Assembly: GCF_036588685.1 (NCBI RefSeq) | Contig: NC_086383.1 | Location: forward strand, 49,352,001 to 49,416,000 | Source: Mytilus trossulus | Taxonomy: Eukaryota | Length of the DNA: 64,000 nucleotides | Direction: 5' to 3' | In this document: positions 13,780-25,010 of the stretch, one piece after another | How positions within the stretch are numbered: the stretch's first letter is position 1 | How the letters are laid out: each line of letters starts with the position of its first letter | Translations under genes and position numbers: made by a program | Notes under the pieces: generated by a model | What the model saw: the letters and a program-made list of their open reading frames with translations, nothing else | Database searches by the model: none | What the model was told of the DNA's origin: nothing

Positions 13780-13928
13780 CATGCAGATTGGTATATTTTC
13801 AACACAAAACTCGTTATTGTTGTTTCCACATCTAAAATCACTTCTTTTATGCCGATTTATCAGGAATGATTTGGCGATGCTGGCAGGTAAATTCCATGAA
13901 ACTTTGGACGAGGCAACATCTTCCCTCA
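13780..13928 (-). CDS. Paralog 1 coding exon 2: propeptide with furin-type site and first 3 Cys (..SSKVSWNLPASIAKSFLINRHKR/SDFRCGNNNNEFCVENIPICM)
   Basis: CAG acceptor, GTATGA donor, 149 nt; strongly conserved with 26529-26674; overlaps ORF 13774..13971. Confidence 0.85.
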
Positions 13929-14644
13929 CTGTTTTTTCATAATATAAAAATTTCATTTTAATAGCCAACATTTCTATTTGAAAAACAATTTATTATTAAA
14001 GTCGGGTATATTTAATGAAAAAAATAACTTTTCGTTGCTTTTTTTTTTTAAGAAAACTAATAATTGTAAATAAATTATTAATGACCTGAAATAAGATATG
14101 TTTCAAAAATGCGAAGATAACTTTCATATGAAAAATGAATATTAAAAGCGCGTTCGCTTTTCCTCTGAATATTATTTCATTTTCGTACTTTTTTGTATTG
14201 TTGTGTTTGTATATTTTTGTGTTATCAACACATACATAAACATGTACATGTAAATATACTTCAAATACGATATATTTGATAAAAAAAAAATCGGAAAGTA
14301 AACTCCAGTTGTTCATATTCTTGTTAACTTATTCGACCACAAAATTTAATTCACCTAAAGAAAAATTAGGAGAGGTGGTAATGAAAAGTATGATTGACTA
14401 TGAGACAATTATATATTAAATGGTTTGTATATATATCTTGTTTAAGTTGGCACATTGATTAGTAAAGCATATAAAACAGTCGTTTCACTTATTAAGACAA
14501 TGTTGTTATGAATTTGTTTAAGGTGTGGTTTGAGGTTGTGTTGCTGTTTATGTTTGTGAATACGGAATGTTCTTTATCAATTCCAATAAACGTTAAAATT
14601 GCAATAAAAAATATGTTTGAATACGACTTATTTTGAGTTATTAC

Positions 14645-14687
14645 CTAAAAGCAGTATCACGTATGTCAAAAGTTCACATAATATCAT
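14645..14687 (-). CDS. Paralog 1 coding exon 1: signal peptide MILCELLTYVILLL
   Basis: ATG, hydrophobic run, phase-1 donor G|GTAATA; acceptor at 14699-14701 just upstream; homologous to 27885-27927. Confidence 0.75.
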
Positions 14688-16294
14688 TTTTGATGTATCT
14701 GAAAAAAAGAGTAACTGAAAATTAATGTACTGTGAAAGAACAGACGGAGAAAATATCTAAAGCAAGTTTCAAAGTAGACATTTATGATTTGTAGTTCACA
14801 AATCTCAATGAAACATTAAAAAATTGTGAAAGATATTTGAATTTCCTATAATTGTTAATGTTTGTGTCATTTTGGTCTTTTGTGGATAGTTGTCTCATTG
14901 GCAATCATACCACATCTTCTTTTTTATTGTTTCTTCAGAATGTTTCAAATTAAAAACAGGATCTAACATTCTATTGTTTTTACTGTGGGATAGTTGACAG
15001 AGCTCCATTACGTGGATGAATTACGGTATGTTACATGTTTTTCATGTATCTTTCCTAAGCCATGTACATGTATTCGATCAGTTACCGTTTAAATTTTGTA
15101 TTTTAGTTCGGACCGTATGGTTTCTTGTTTTAAATGTTGATCATTAAATTTTCCTCATCGTGATGCCTTTCATAGAGTTTGGTACATTGCTGAAGACCTA
15201 AATTGCTAATATTTTTGTACTTTGTTCTTGAATATAATGCTGAACATTGCCTTATCACAAAGCCAGTTGGCTGTACATGTAACACAATATGTCTTTAAAG
15301 TCTCAGTGAGTGGATATTCTCTTAAGGGACACACACTTAACCTGTAAACTAATCTCTTTTTCAAACGAGGCGCCAAAATAAAAAAATGTAGAAAATATAA
15401 ATAAGGAAATAAAATATTTAAGAAAATTAAGAAAAACTATCTAATTATATTTAACATACATTACCGTATAAACACTCTGGCAGCTAAAATCATTCAAGAT
15501 AACAAATGGCGATTGATTAATATAAAAGGACTTTATTTGGTTGCTTATCTAAAGCTTTGAATTACTTGTATATTTCGTTTTATTTACCTTTGTAGCTGAA
15601 CATAACGATTTCTTTAATAATACATGTTTACACTAAGATAGCAAATAAATTTGTCAATCATGTGTTCCCTCTTATTGGATTTTTTTGTTTTCATATACAG
15701 ATATAAAAAATAATTTATTTATGTATGTAAAATTAACTTTATCATATCTGTAACTAGAATGTACAGTACTTTGTTTGTGCAAAGTATGTAATCATGATCA
15801 CTGCGATAAAAACAGATATTCTAACAGTTGATATAAAAAAAATTAACTTGATATCAATATAGGACAGGCAGATTGTTATTGACCCGTCGTAACGGAATTG
15901 ATGTTACTCAGGTACTTCCGTACCTTTTACGGTGTCTAACTTTAGCCTGTCTCAACCAAATGTTATATTACTTATATACATTGCTTATTACCACAAAAAA
16001 CAGATCAAGTTTTAATTTTTGTCGCATTACTATTACTGTTCTTCGATAATGTCCTTTTATAATGCTGTGTGCAAGTAGGGTCAGCATTTGTGTTCCATGG
16101 ACACAGTCCTCTTTATTTTTTTCTGAAATCTTTAGATTTTATTAGAACATTGCATTTATGTAAAATTTAAATTTTAAAATAAAAACTAATAATTGTTCTA
16201 AAGTTGTTCCCGAAGGTATGTCTATTTTACTCCACTACAAAGGAATGAAATTATGTTATATTATATCACCTTAGGCCAACATTTGGTTTTATAT

Positions 16295-16559
16295 TTATTG
16301 CGTCGGCTCACTGCATGATATTGGGTGGTTGTCAATTAGAAATGGGGTGGGTTTTGTTATCTCGCCGTTGAACGCCAAACTGTGACTTTGAAAACCATCA
16401 ACACAAACGCTTTCCATATGATCTGTATAGGCAAAGGTACAGTTCGGCCGGCAAATTGGTTTTCCTTTGCCAAAATGAGTCATAAATTGAAGATAAAGTC
16501 TGTTATTAGAGAAGTAACTATACATTATCTGGTTTTGTCGTGCATCCATATCAGCTTTA
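16295..16559 (-). CDS. Candidate orphan terminal exon or pseudo-exon (87 aa, 4 Cys)
   Basis: TTCAAG acceptor, open frame with coding-like composition, AATAAA overlapping the stop; no upstream exon identified. Confidence 0.35.
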
Positions 16560-16936
16560 CTTGAAATATTAATAAAAGTATGTTGAAGGAGGAGACGGAT
16601 GGTTGATGGGGGTTGTCGTACTGCCCATACTTATCATACCTTTTTTTCGTATTTTAGATAATGCTACAATTTACTATCTCCTATCACTGCTTTTTGTTGT
16701 TTGTAAATTTTGCATTGCTTAGGATGTGTACTCTCGAAACTGAGATTTTCAAATCTTTGCAACTTCTTACTTTAGTTTGTCATAAACTGTTTTGTTTTTC
16801 GTGCATCACTTATGAATCTTCTGTTAACGAAATGCGCGAATGATATACAAAATTATAGTGTGATTAAGATAGTTTTGATGATTTGTTTATAATTGAAATC
16901 TTCCAGTTGCTATTTCATTCATTTTTCAATTTTATT

Positions 16937-17237
16937 TAAGGAATGACTGTAATATGTTTTCTGTCTATGAAGGAATAACATAGAAAATTTGGTGCACACT
17001 GAATAACGTGCATAGCGGGTTGTTTAACAGTGTGCACCACATTTTTTATGTTATTTCAATAGACAGAAAAAATATTACAGTCATTTTTTTATAATTAAAT
17101 TCTAAATTCCATTTTAAACCGTAGAAAACCATGAAAAAACGTTGATGACGTCACGGTCACATGACTAAATTATGTCTATGGGCTCATAACAAAATAACGT
17201 CAGCCAATCAGAAGACGCGTTACATCCAAAATTAAAC
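16937..17237. repeat. Hairpin-type interspersed element: ~150-bp imperfect palindrome followed by a tail with TGACGTCA and GCCAATCAG
   Basis: AATGACTGTAATAT...GGTGCACACTG / CAGTGTGCACC...ATATTACAGTCATT arms; similar design at 27577-27740 and 55285-55331 + 60917-61225. Confidence 0.65.
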
Positions 17238-19742
17238 TATTCTCCATTAGGTTCTTTCTTTTAGTTTTGTTATTAAGCTGAATAGATTTTTACATCCTTT
17301 GAATTTGCTTCTTTTGTGTGTTTTATGGGTAATGGAGCTGTTCAATGTTGAATTTAACTTCAGCATTCTCAATTTTAATTTGTTGACCAAACATAAAGTG
17401 AACGGTCATAGTAGAATCGTGTTTGTCAACAGTAACTTATTTGTAATGATTCATCTTATTCTTTTGAAACCAAATCTTCAGTTGATTCATTATAAATAAA
17501 ATGTGGTATGAATGCCAATGAGACAATTCTCTATCCAAGTCTCAATTATTATACAGTTGACAATTATAAGATACGGTCCTCAGCATGTAGCCCTGGCGTA
17601 CAGGAAGCTTAAAGAGAGTCCGTCATGACTACTGCCAAACAGTTCAAACAGTAAAACCAGAAACCAACATGAACCACTCCACCAAACCACAACCACTGAA
17701 AACAGGCTCAACCCCATTTCTTGTTTGATCTTTGATTTTAAATATAAATCTAGTGGCACATTATTTTTACGATGACATCTATAAAAACACGAAGGATATA
17801 CAGAAATGGAAATTATGTCTTTAAATGAGTTGATATCATCATAATTTATTCCATTGGTGAATCTTTAGATATAATTGGGAAACCGTTATATTGAAGCGAC
17901 CTCTAAGTTTCCTTTTTTCTAATTTCATTGGTAGGTGATTTCGGAGAAAAACACACAGATAGTGAAGGACTATTATCTATGTTATTCCATGTATCCATAT
18001 CGTTTAAGGGACAATGAATTTCATTGGATGTTAAAGCTGTTAGTATATTGTCACATGTAGAGTAGGATATGGTTACTTTTACGAGACAACTGAGATCATC
18101 TCCAGTTTCGGTAGGTATCGTGTAGCTCAGTCTCTAGTTTTCTATGTCGTCTTTTGTATACTGTTATTTGTATTGTGATTGTTTTTCGTTGGTTTTTTTT
18201 TTGTGGTCATGGGAATGCAGTTTGATTTAGACTAGTGAATTTGATGTCTGTCTGTTTGAAACTTAAGATGTGGTGCAAGCTTTTGAATAACCCATAACGA
18301 AGATTTTTCAGTGTGCATCCCATTTTTTATGTTATTTTTTCATAAACATGGAATATTACAGTTATTCCCTAAATAAAGTAAGATGGGGCGGTCATTTGGT
18401 ATTTATTTGAATTTTCCCTCATTTGTCTGCTTCACTTGGTTGGCAATGTTGTCGGTAGATTGCAAATACCTAATTATTGTTCAGATTTAAAATGATGCGT
18501 TTCGGGTGTTATTTTTCTTTAAAAAAATTACATGTATGGTATAACACGAAAACCGAGAGTTCGACTCTATCTGACATTAACGACTTAATATTGTTTTTAT
18601 TGTTTGTTTGTACGAATAAGTAACTTTTTAATACACACCAAATTTTAATATTCTAGCGTCACAAAAGTTTATCCTCTAAAAAAGATGAAGAAGACCAACA
18701 TCAATCTACAAAATACTACAATACAAATCATGAATCACTAATTTGAATGGTAATTTATTATTCCAATTCTGCGCCCATCGTGTTGCTCGTTGCAAAAAAA
18801 AATCATGGATGGAGAGTTGTCTCATTGGCACTCACACCACATCTTCTTATATCTATATAGTAAATCGATAAAGGTAATCAGGAAATTTCAATAGTTTACA
18901 TTTGAATCGGCAAAATAGTTATGGTTTGTTACTGTAGATACAAAAAGTATGAACAATTTAGCTATTTGACATGTGAAGACAACATTTAACCAGTAACTGG
19001 CGACATAAATAAAAAAACCGAGAGAAAATAAGTGTCTAGAATCAGATTTACATACAAGTAAAACATGATATGTTATACGCAATACAATGGTACTGCAAAA
19101 TAAAATATTTTGTCAAAGAAGCATCAACATTATCAAGTCTGCGCATCAAATTTTCTACAAATAATATTTCAAAAGCACTGGAAAATTTTGAAAGATAATG
19201 CATTTTGTATTTACTCTCCGTTTTCAAAGGAGGGAGTAATGAACTTAGTGTGACGTCCAGTTTCACTAAACTAGTACACTTGTTTGTTTAGGGACATGGT
19301 GACGCACGCCTTCTAGTGCGGGATTTTCTTGCAAGAAACATTGGGGGCTTAGGCTGTTTCTGATATTTGGTCTGGTTGTTGTCTCTAAGACACATTCCCC
19401 ATTTCCATTCCCAATTTTTTAGATATAGGAAGATGTGGTGTTAGTGCCAATGAGACACCTCTCTATCCAAATAACAATTTATATGAAAGTAAACCATAAC
19501 AGGGCAATAAAGCTATAAAGGGCCCCAAAATTACAAGTGTAAAATCAATCAAACGGGAAAACCAACGGTCTACTCTATATTAAAAAAAACGAGAAACGAG
19601 AAACACGTATAAATTATATAAACCAAAGACAACTACTGTACATCAGATTTAATGTTTGTTTCAGGAAATGGACAACGCAAAAATATCTAAGCATTTCGCA
19701 AATAACACTTATTCACATGACATAGACATAAATTGGAAATTA

Positions 19743-20341
19743 TCACTGACGTTTGATAAAAATGTCGTTATCACATTTATAATAGGACGTCATTCCAGCA
19801 AAAGATTCTAAGCTAGTAAAATCATTTTCAGCAACATAATACACTTGACTAGGATCAAACAAGACGCTTACAAAATTATCATACGAGCAATCATGACCAG
19901 CCACAACACCGACGACCTCGATATGTGATTGTTGTAGCAGAGTTACTTCTCTTTTCACATTAGCCAGAACCCGCCAATTTCCATCAGAGACGATAACAAT
20001 AATTTTCCTATTTGAACTTCTTCCCCCATGTGAAGATACAAATCCTTTCTGGCGGAGTTGGTTCAGGGCATAGCTCAAATTGGAAGTCAAACTCCTTTTT
20101 CTGTCTACTTGAAGAGCTGTGGCCACCATTTTATCCGTATTGTTTGACCAAAACAAAGGAAACACCTGGGATATGTTATTTGTGTATGAATACAAACCGA
20201 TATGTGCATCAGCATTATAACGAACTACTTTTTCTATTACACGTCTTATTGCTTCTTGTCTTGATCTGTATCCCTCAGACGTTTGGTTCATTTTTATATC
20301 TTGCAAGATAATTATATCTGTGTCTGTGTGTCGCATACAAT
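19743..20341 (-). CDS. Paralog 2 terminal exon: VWA2
   Basis: 599 nt, CAG acceptor at 20342-20344; ORF 19743..20387. Confidence 0.92.
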
Positions 20342-21043
20342 CTGAAAACAATACTGGACTTAATTTTTGAAAAAAATCTCTTTTCACGTCTATATCTTTT
20401 AGAAGTAAAACAATCTTCTATATTTCTATCGTAAGATAATCGAGAAAACACTGAAAAGAACTATTCGCAACAAATGTCTTGAAACATGTTAAATTGCTTA
20501 AAATTAATTCAAACTATATGCATATAATTTTCATGTAATAGCTTTTATAAATGTTAAAATGTTAAATCGACTAAGACGCCTATTATAAAGCATACAATTA
20601 TACACTTAAACAATCGATTTCTTTCCAGAAAAAGGTACTGTTGCTGTTATCTAGCTGTAAAAAAAACAATGCATTAAAGAAAGATGGAACGAAGGTAGCA
20701 ACAATTCATGCATGATATACTAATTATCTGGCAAAGTAAAACTTTGGTGGGTCTACGTTGTCTTTGACGATATCAAAGCACCTGTTGATTTTTTTGAAGT
20801 TTCAGATTGCAATTAGTTTATGTGCGTCAGTTTAACCAAACATGAGAAGATAACTACATGCAAAACAGTGCTGATTAAAATTCGACAATATCAGTTAAAA
20901 ACCTCTGCCTGGAGAAAACCTTATTTGCAAAACATAATTCAACTGCAATGTACAGACATGTGACATGTTCACACTAAATTTAAAGCTGTTTTAAATCTAA
21001 AGTCTTCATGGGATTAGATTAAATTTTAATTTTTTTTAAATAC

Positions 21044-21341
21044 CTGTGCAATCTTTGTGTGCTGTGTCTTTAAGTAATTTGTTGTATATGTCATCAAAAT
21101 GCAGCAAATCAAATGTAAGCTCTGGTTTATTTGATAGCATGACCATTTCTGAATGATCGACAGATCTTCCAACTGCAACTGTCATAATAGATTTGATTGG
21201 TTGTTGATATACCGGATGTTGATTCAAAGATATAGCATAATTTTCAGCGTCATGTCGATCTGATGACAATCCATCGTAAAGTAGAATAATGTAATGTGAT
21301 GCGTTGGTAAGCCTAGATCCACTAGTCGTGCTCTTTGCTAG
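21044..21341 (-). CDS. Paralog 2 coding exon 7: VWA1 C-half
   Basis: 298 nt; overlaps ORF 21036..21269. Confidence 0.92.
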
Positions 21342-22032
21342 CTAAACATAATAAAATTCATATATATTTATTATCATTGATGTTTGACAGAACATACAGA
21401 TATATTCTGAGACAGTTGATTGCAAGATTTTACAAATTATAACAACTTTTGATTATGTTTTTTGAATATTGTTTATAGTACCTTATAAATCGTTGATACC
21501 CACAAATGGTGTATAAATAGCGAAAAGGTTCAAAAGGTCACCATAAATAACAAGGCTTTGGTTAAGTACACTACATGTAAATGCACTGTTTGACTACATA
21601 CGAATCACTAGTGTCACTTTTCGAAACGGTTGTGTGATTTCATGAATATGGCTGATAAAGAAATAATACGCGATAGGAAATCTGAAGACCATTTAAGAAA
21701 TTGCAATACGACGTAGGTTCAAAATGTAAATAGTTTTCTGTGGCCTCCGTACTGATGTGAAGTATTTTTGAAACATGTACAATTCGTTATTTTGTATTTT
21801 TTTCCTACTAGGCCGATCTAACCAAATGATCGCCTTAAAGGTTATAAAACAACTTGTTTTTTTAGTTCCATTTAAATTTTCCTTTATCAATGTCGACTTT
21901 CACTATCTACAGTGTTCTCATCTGGTTAATTGTTTATTTCGCTTTCCCTCTTGGTCCAATGTTTGCTCATTGACGTTCAACATTTAAAGAATAAATAAGA
22001 TGACACATAAACACTTTAATTGATTCAGATAC

Positions 22033-22316
22033 CTCAACGGCTTTTGACAAGGCAACTTTGGTGTACGTTGGCGAATGAATTCCATGGATTTGTTTCAATG
22101 CATGAAGAATATCTAGTTTCGATGAGAAGTCGTTGAAGTCGAATAAAACCTGTGCTGTAAACCCGTATGTGATAACAGAAAATTGATAGTCATTCGGTCC
22201 CATCGGAAGTTTGTTCACAAATTTAGAAATGAATTCTACTGTACGATTAATGTCGGTTTCCTGGCTACTTGAACTGTCGACAACAAATGTTATATCTGCA
22301 TGTCCTGGTCTACAGT
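22033..22316 (-). CDS. Paralog 2 coding exon 6: VWA1 N-half (VVDSSSS MIDAS)
   Basis: 284 nt; overlaps ORF 21967..22350. Confidence 0.92.
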
Positions 22317-22998
22317 CTGTAAAGGAGTTTATTCTAATGTATCTATTCATATCTGGGGTATGAAAATTTCATTCATAAAAAAGGAGGAAGACGAAAGAGT
22401 TTTTCTTGGGAGAGGTTGTTATTATCACCTGTTGCTTAGTCGGCATTTGTTTTGTTTTGTACACATTTATCATCAAGATATCATGCAATGACGCTTGGGT
22501 CTTGATATCTCATTGGGGTTTACCAGTCTTTTTCAGATATGAGATATTGTAAGATTACAGCACGATGTGCATTGCAAACTATAAATGTATAACACTGCGT
22601 TATGATTGCGTTTATCAATGTAATTGCGTATTGACCTCCTTTCCCCTGCACTGACAACTTTACCTCACTTAAAAACAAAGACAAACTAATTATTAACATT
22701 GTGTACTTTTCCATATGATTGTGAAATCCTTTAATTAATATATATATTCAAAGCTCTACCATATTTAAATGTGCAAATTGCTTTCTAGTACTTGAATATA
22801 CAGACATTCCAGCGATGTCAACGATACCCTTATTGACAAAGATGCAATAGACCCAATTACTTCTGACAAAGTAAAGTCGTAGATTGCTCTTATAAATTTG
22901 ACAATATATTTGCAATAATTTATTATCTGTGCTAGAGTCTTTTTATTTATGTATATAGAATTGCAATTCCTCAATTTTTCAGTTATATTTCAGCTTAC

Positions 22999-23112
22999 CC
23001 TTTTCGCAAGTTGTACCATTAAACCGCTTTGTACAGTGACAAGAAAAATCAGCCCATTTATCTGTACAAGATCCTCCGTTTTGACAAGGTACTGTTAAAC
23101 ATTCATTCTTAT
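22999..23112 (-). CDS. Paralog 2 coding exon 5: cbEGF DKNECLTVPCQNGGSCTDKWADFSCHCTKRFNGTTCEK
   Basis: 114 nt, CAG acceptor, GTAAGC donor. Confidence 0.92.
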
Positions 23113-23334
23113 CTGTGAATACAATGGTATTAATTTTCAAAGCAATGAAAGAAAACACCCTATACTCATATCATCCGTTACGCCTGAGAAACAGAACTGA
23201 TCTGAACGGTATTCTATCTGCATGCCTGTGTTATAACACTACTTACTACTTAAAACTGACGATGAAAAACATTATTCGACAAGCGAAAGATATATTGTAT
23301 AGCCTAGTTGGTCATGGAAACTAGATGGTTGGAC

Positions 23335-24250
23335 CAAGGAGGTTATATTAGAAGGAGAGAGGACGAAAGACGATAATTACACATAAAATGTTACCGACTT
23401 TTCTGTAAGTGGGTGTTAATTAGTTGAGATCGACTTTGCCACAGAGGGAGATTTTGTCCTAATTACATACCCGAGTAAGAACGGAAACACCCGAGGTGTC
23501 ATAAACTGACCGGATATACAATTATTGAAATGTTAATCAGTTTTTTGTGATATTTTTTATTAAGTAATTAAAAAGTAAAATGTTATGTTAAAAGTAAACT
23601 TATTACCAATAGAAATAAAACGAATATCCGTCTCATTGCCATCAATGTTAATATCAACAGTCATAACAGAAAGTCACTTTTACGTTGTTTCCGATAAATT
23701 TCTCTATGTTTCAATTGCAAATATTCCTTCCGGTCGTTACCGGTCACCGTAACTAAAGTACTTTGCATATTCGTATATTTTCTATGATTATTACCTGCCA
23801 ATTCTCATAAGCAGGAATTGACCGGTGAAGCGAAAATCTTTGTTTAAAGCAAAGTAGTGTTGAATAAAAATCGCTCACTAACTTTCCTTTAAACCCTCAT
23901 AACTTTGTCATTTCTTTATCTTTTTTCACCGTAGACAGACGGTTGATTTTGAAATTGCCCGTCAAATCTTTTTCCAAATCATAAACACCTATGCACTGCA
24001 CTGTAACTGAAATATACCTGAACTTTAATGACCCAGTCACTGATAACAATCACGTGACACATGCGATTTATCTAATAGTCCGAACTACTCGCGGTAACAG
24101 CCCGGTACATCAGAGGGCCATGTCAAGTGGGTGATAAACATGTCGGTTTCTTTATAATTTTATCATTTTTCTCTGATCGAACTGCTATCCGGGGGATGCT
24201 AATTTTGTATCAAGCAGAGTGTTCACTCTCCTTCTAATATAACCTCCTTG
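23335..24250. mobile_element. 916-bp P-element-like non-autonomous transposon in an intron of paralog 2
   Basis: TIR CAAGGAGGTTATATTAGAAGGAGAG; 7-bp TSD GTTGGAC at 23328-23334 and 24251-24257. Confidence 0.85.
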
Positions 24251-24412
24251 GTTGGACAAAGTATGGTTTAAAATGGCTCTAAAATGTCATTTCTTGCATC
24301 CATAAAAGACAACCAATACCAAGAGTTAAAAACTTAACCATAAAATAATTTGTAATTGTCTTTTGCAGCACTTTTCAATATACTGTCTGTTAATTGATCA
24401 ATTTTAACTCAC

Positions 24413-24526
24413 CAGTACTGCAGCTTGTTGCTTCATCCCATCCGGGAATACAATTGCATCTGTAATTTCCGGTTAAGTCATGGCACGATCCTCCATTACT
24501 ACATGGAAAGGATAAGCACTGGTCAT
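24413..24526 (-). CDS. Paralog 2 coding exon 4: [41 protein letters not shown]
   Basis: 114 nt, AAG acceptor, GTGAGT donor. Confidence 0.9.
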
Positions 24527-24898
24527 CTTCAAAGTAAGATTTAACATGTTTAATGTCAACAGCTACCTATCAAAATTACTGTTGAATCATTTATAAAGAG
24601 CAATTGCCGTAGACTTTTCTCTTGGACCTTTACATATATGTCATATTTTCAATTCATTAATATTAAACAGCAATGTTAATATAACTATATTTTTTTTAGT
24701 GTAAAACGCCACTTTTAAAACTATGATGCTATTTTGTGCCGGTCAGTTTTCATTTTGGAGATACTTAAAAAGATTAAATGAGTAAGTTGGAACCTACTTA
24801 ATTTTGTCATTAATAAGTTTTTAGCTTGTGTATTTTCACTTTACATGTGTTATCTATTCAATTCTACACACAACTATTTACTTGTTTTTGCAACATAC

Positions 24899-25010
24899 CT
24901 GTGCATCCTATTTGCCAATGACCAGGGCATGGAGTAGCGAGATAGCAAGTTTGTGTTGGTAAACATGACGAACTTGTACATCGGATTTCTCTTGAGTTTT
25001 CGTTGTGTTG
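24899..25010 (-). CDS. Paralog 2 coding exon 3: QHNENSREIRCTSSSCLPTQTCYLATPCPGHWQIGCT
   Basis: TAG acceptor, GTATGT donor, 112 nt. Confidence 0.85.

Larger units (their letters stand above)
6016..14687 (-). other. Gene model, paralog 1: secreted propeptide/8-Cys/EGF/cbEGF/VWA/VWA extracellular protein (~572 aa)
   Basis: complement(join(14645-14687,13780-13928,11840-11957,11081-11194,10054-10167,9197-9480,8555-8852,6016-6614)) = 1719 nt. All junctions are GT-AG with phases 1,0,1,1,1,0,1. Every exon has a same-phase counterpart in paralog 2. Confidence 0.88.

Noticed and set aside
20012-20311. 99-aa plus-strand ORF
   Set aside because: Antisense shadow of the VWA2 exon.
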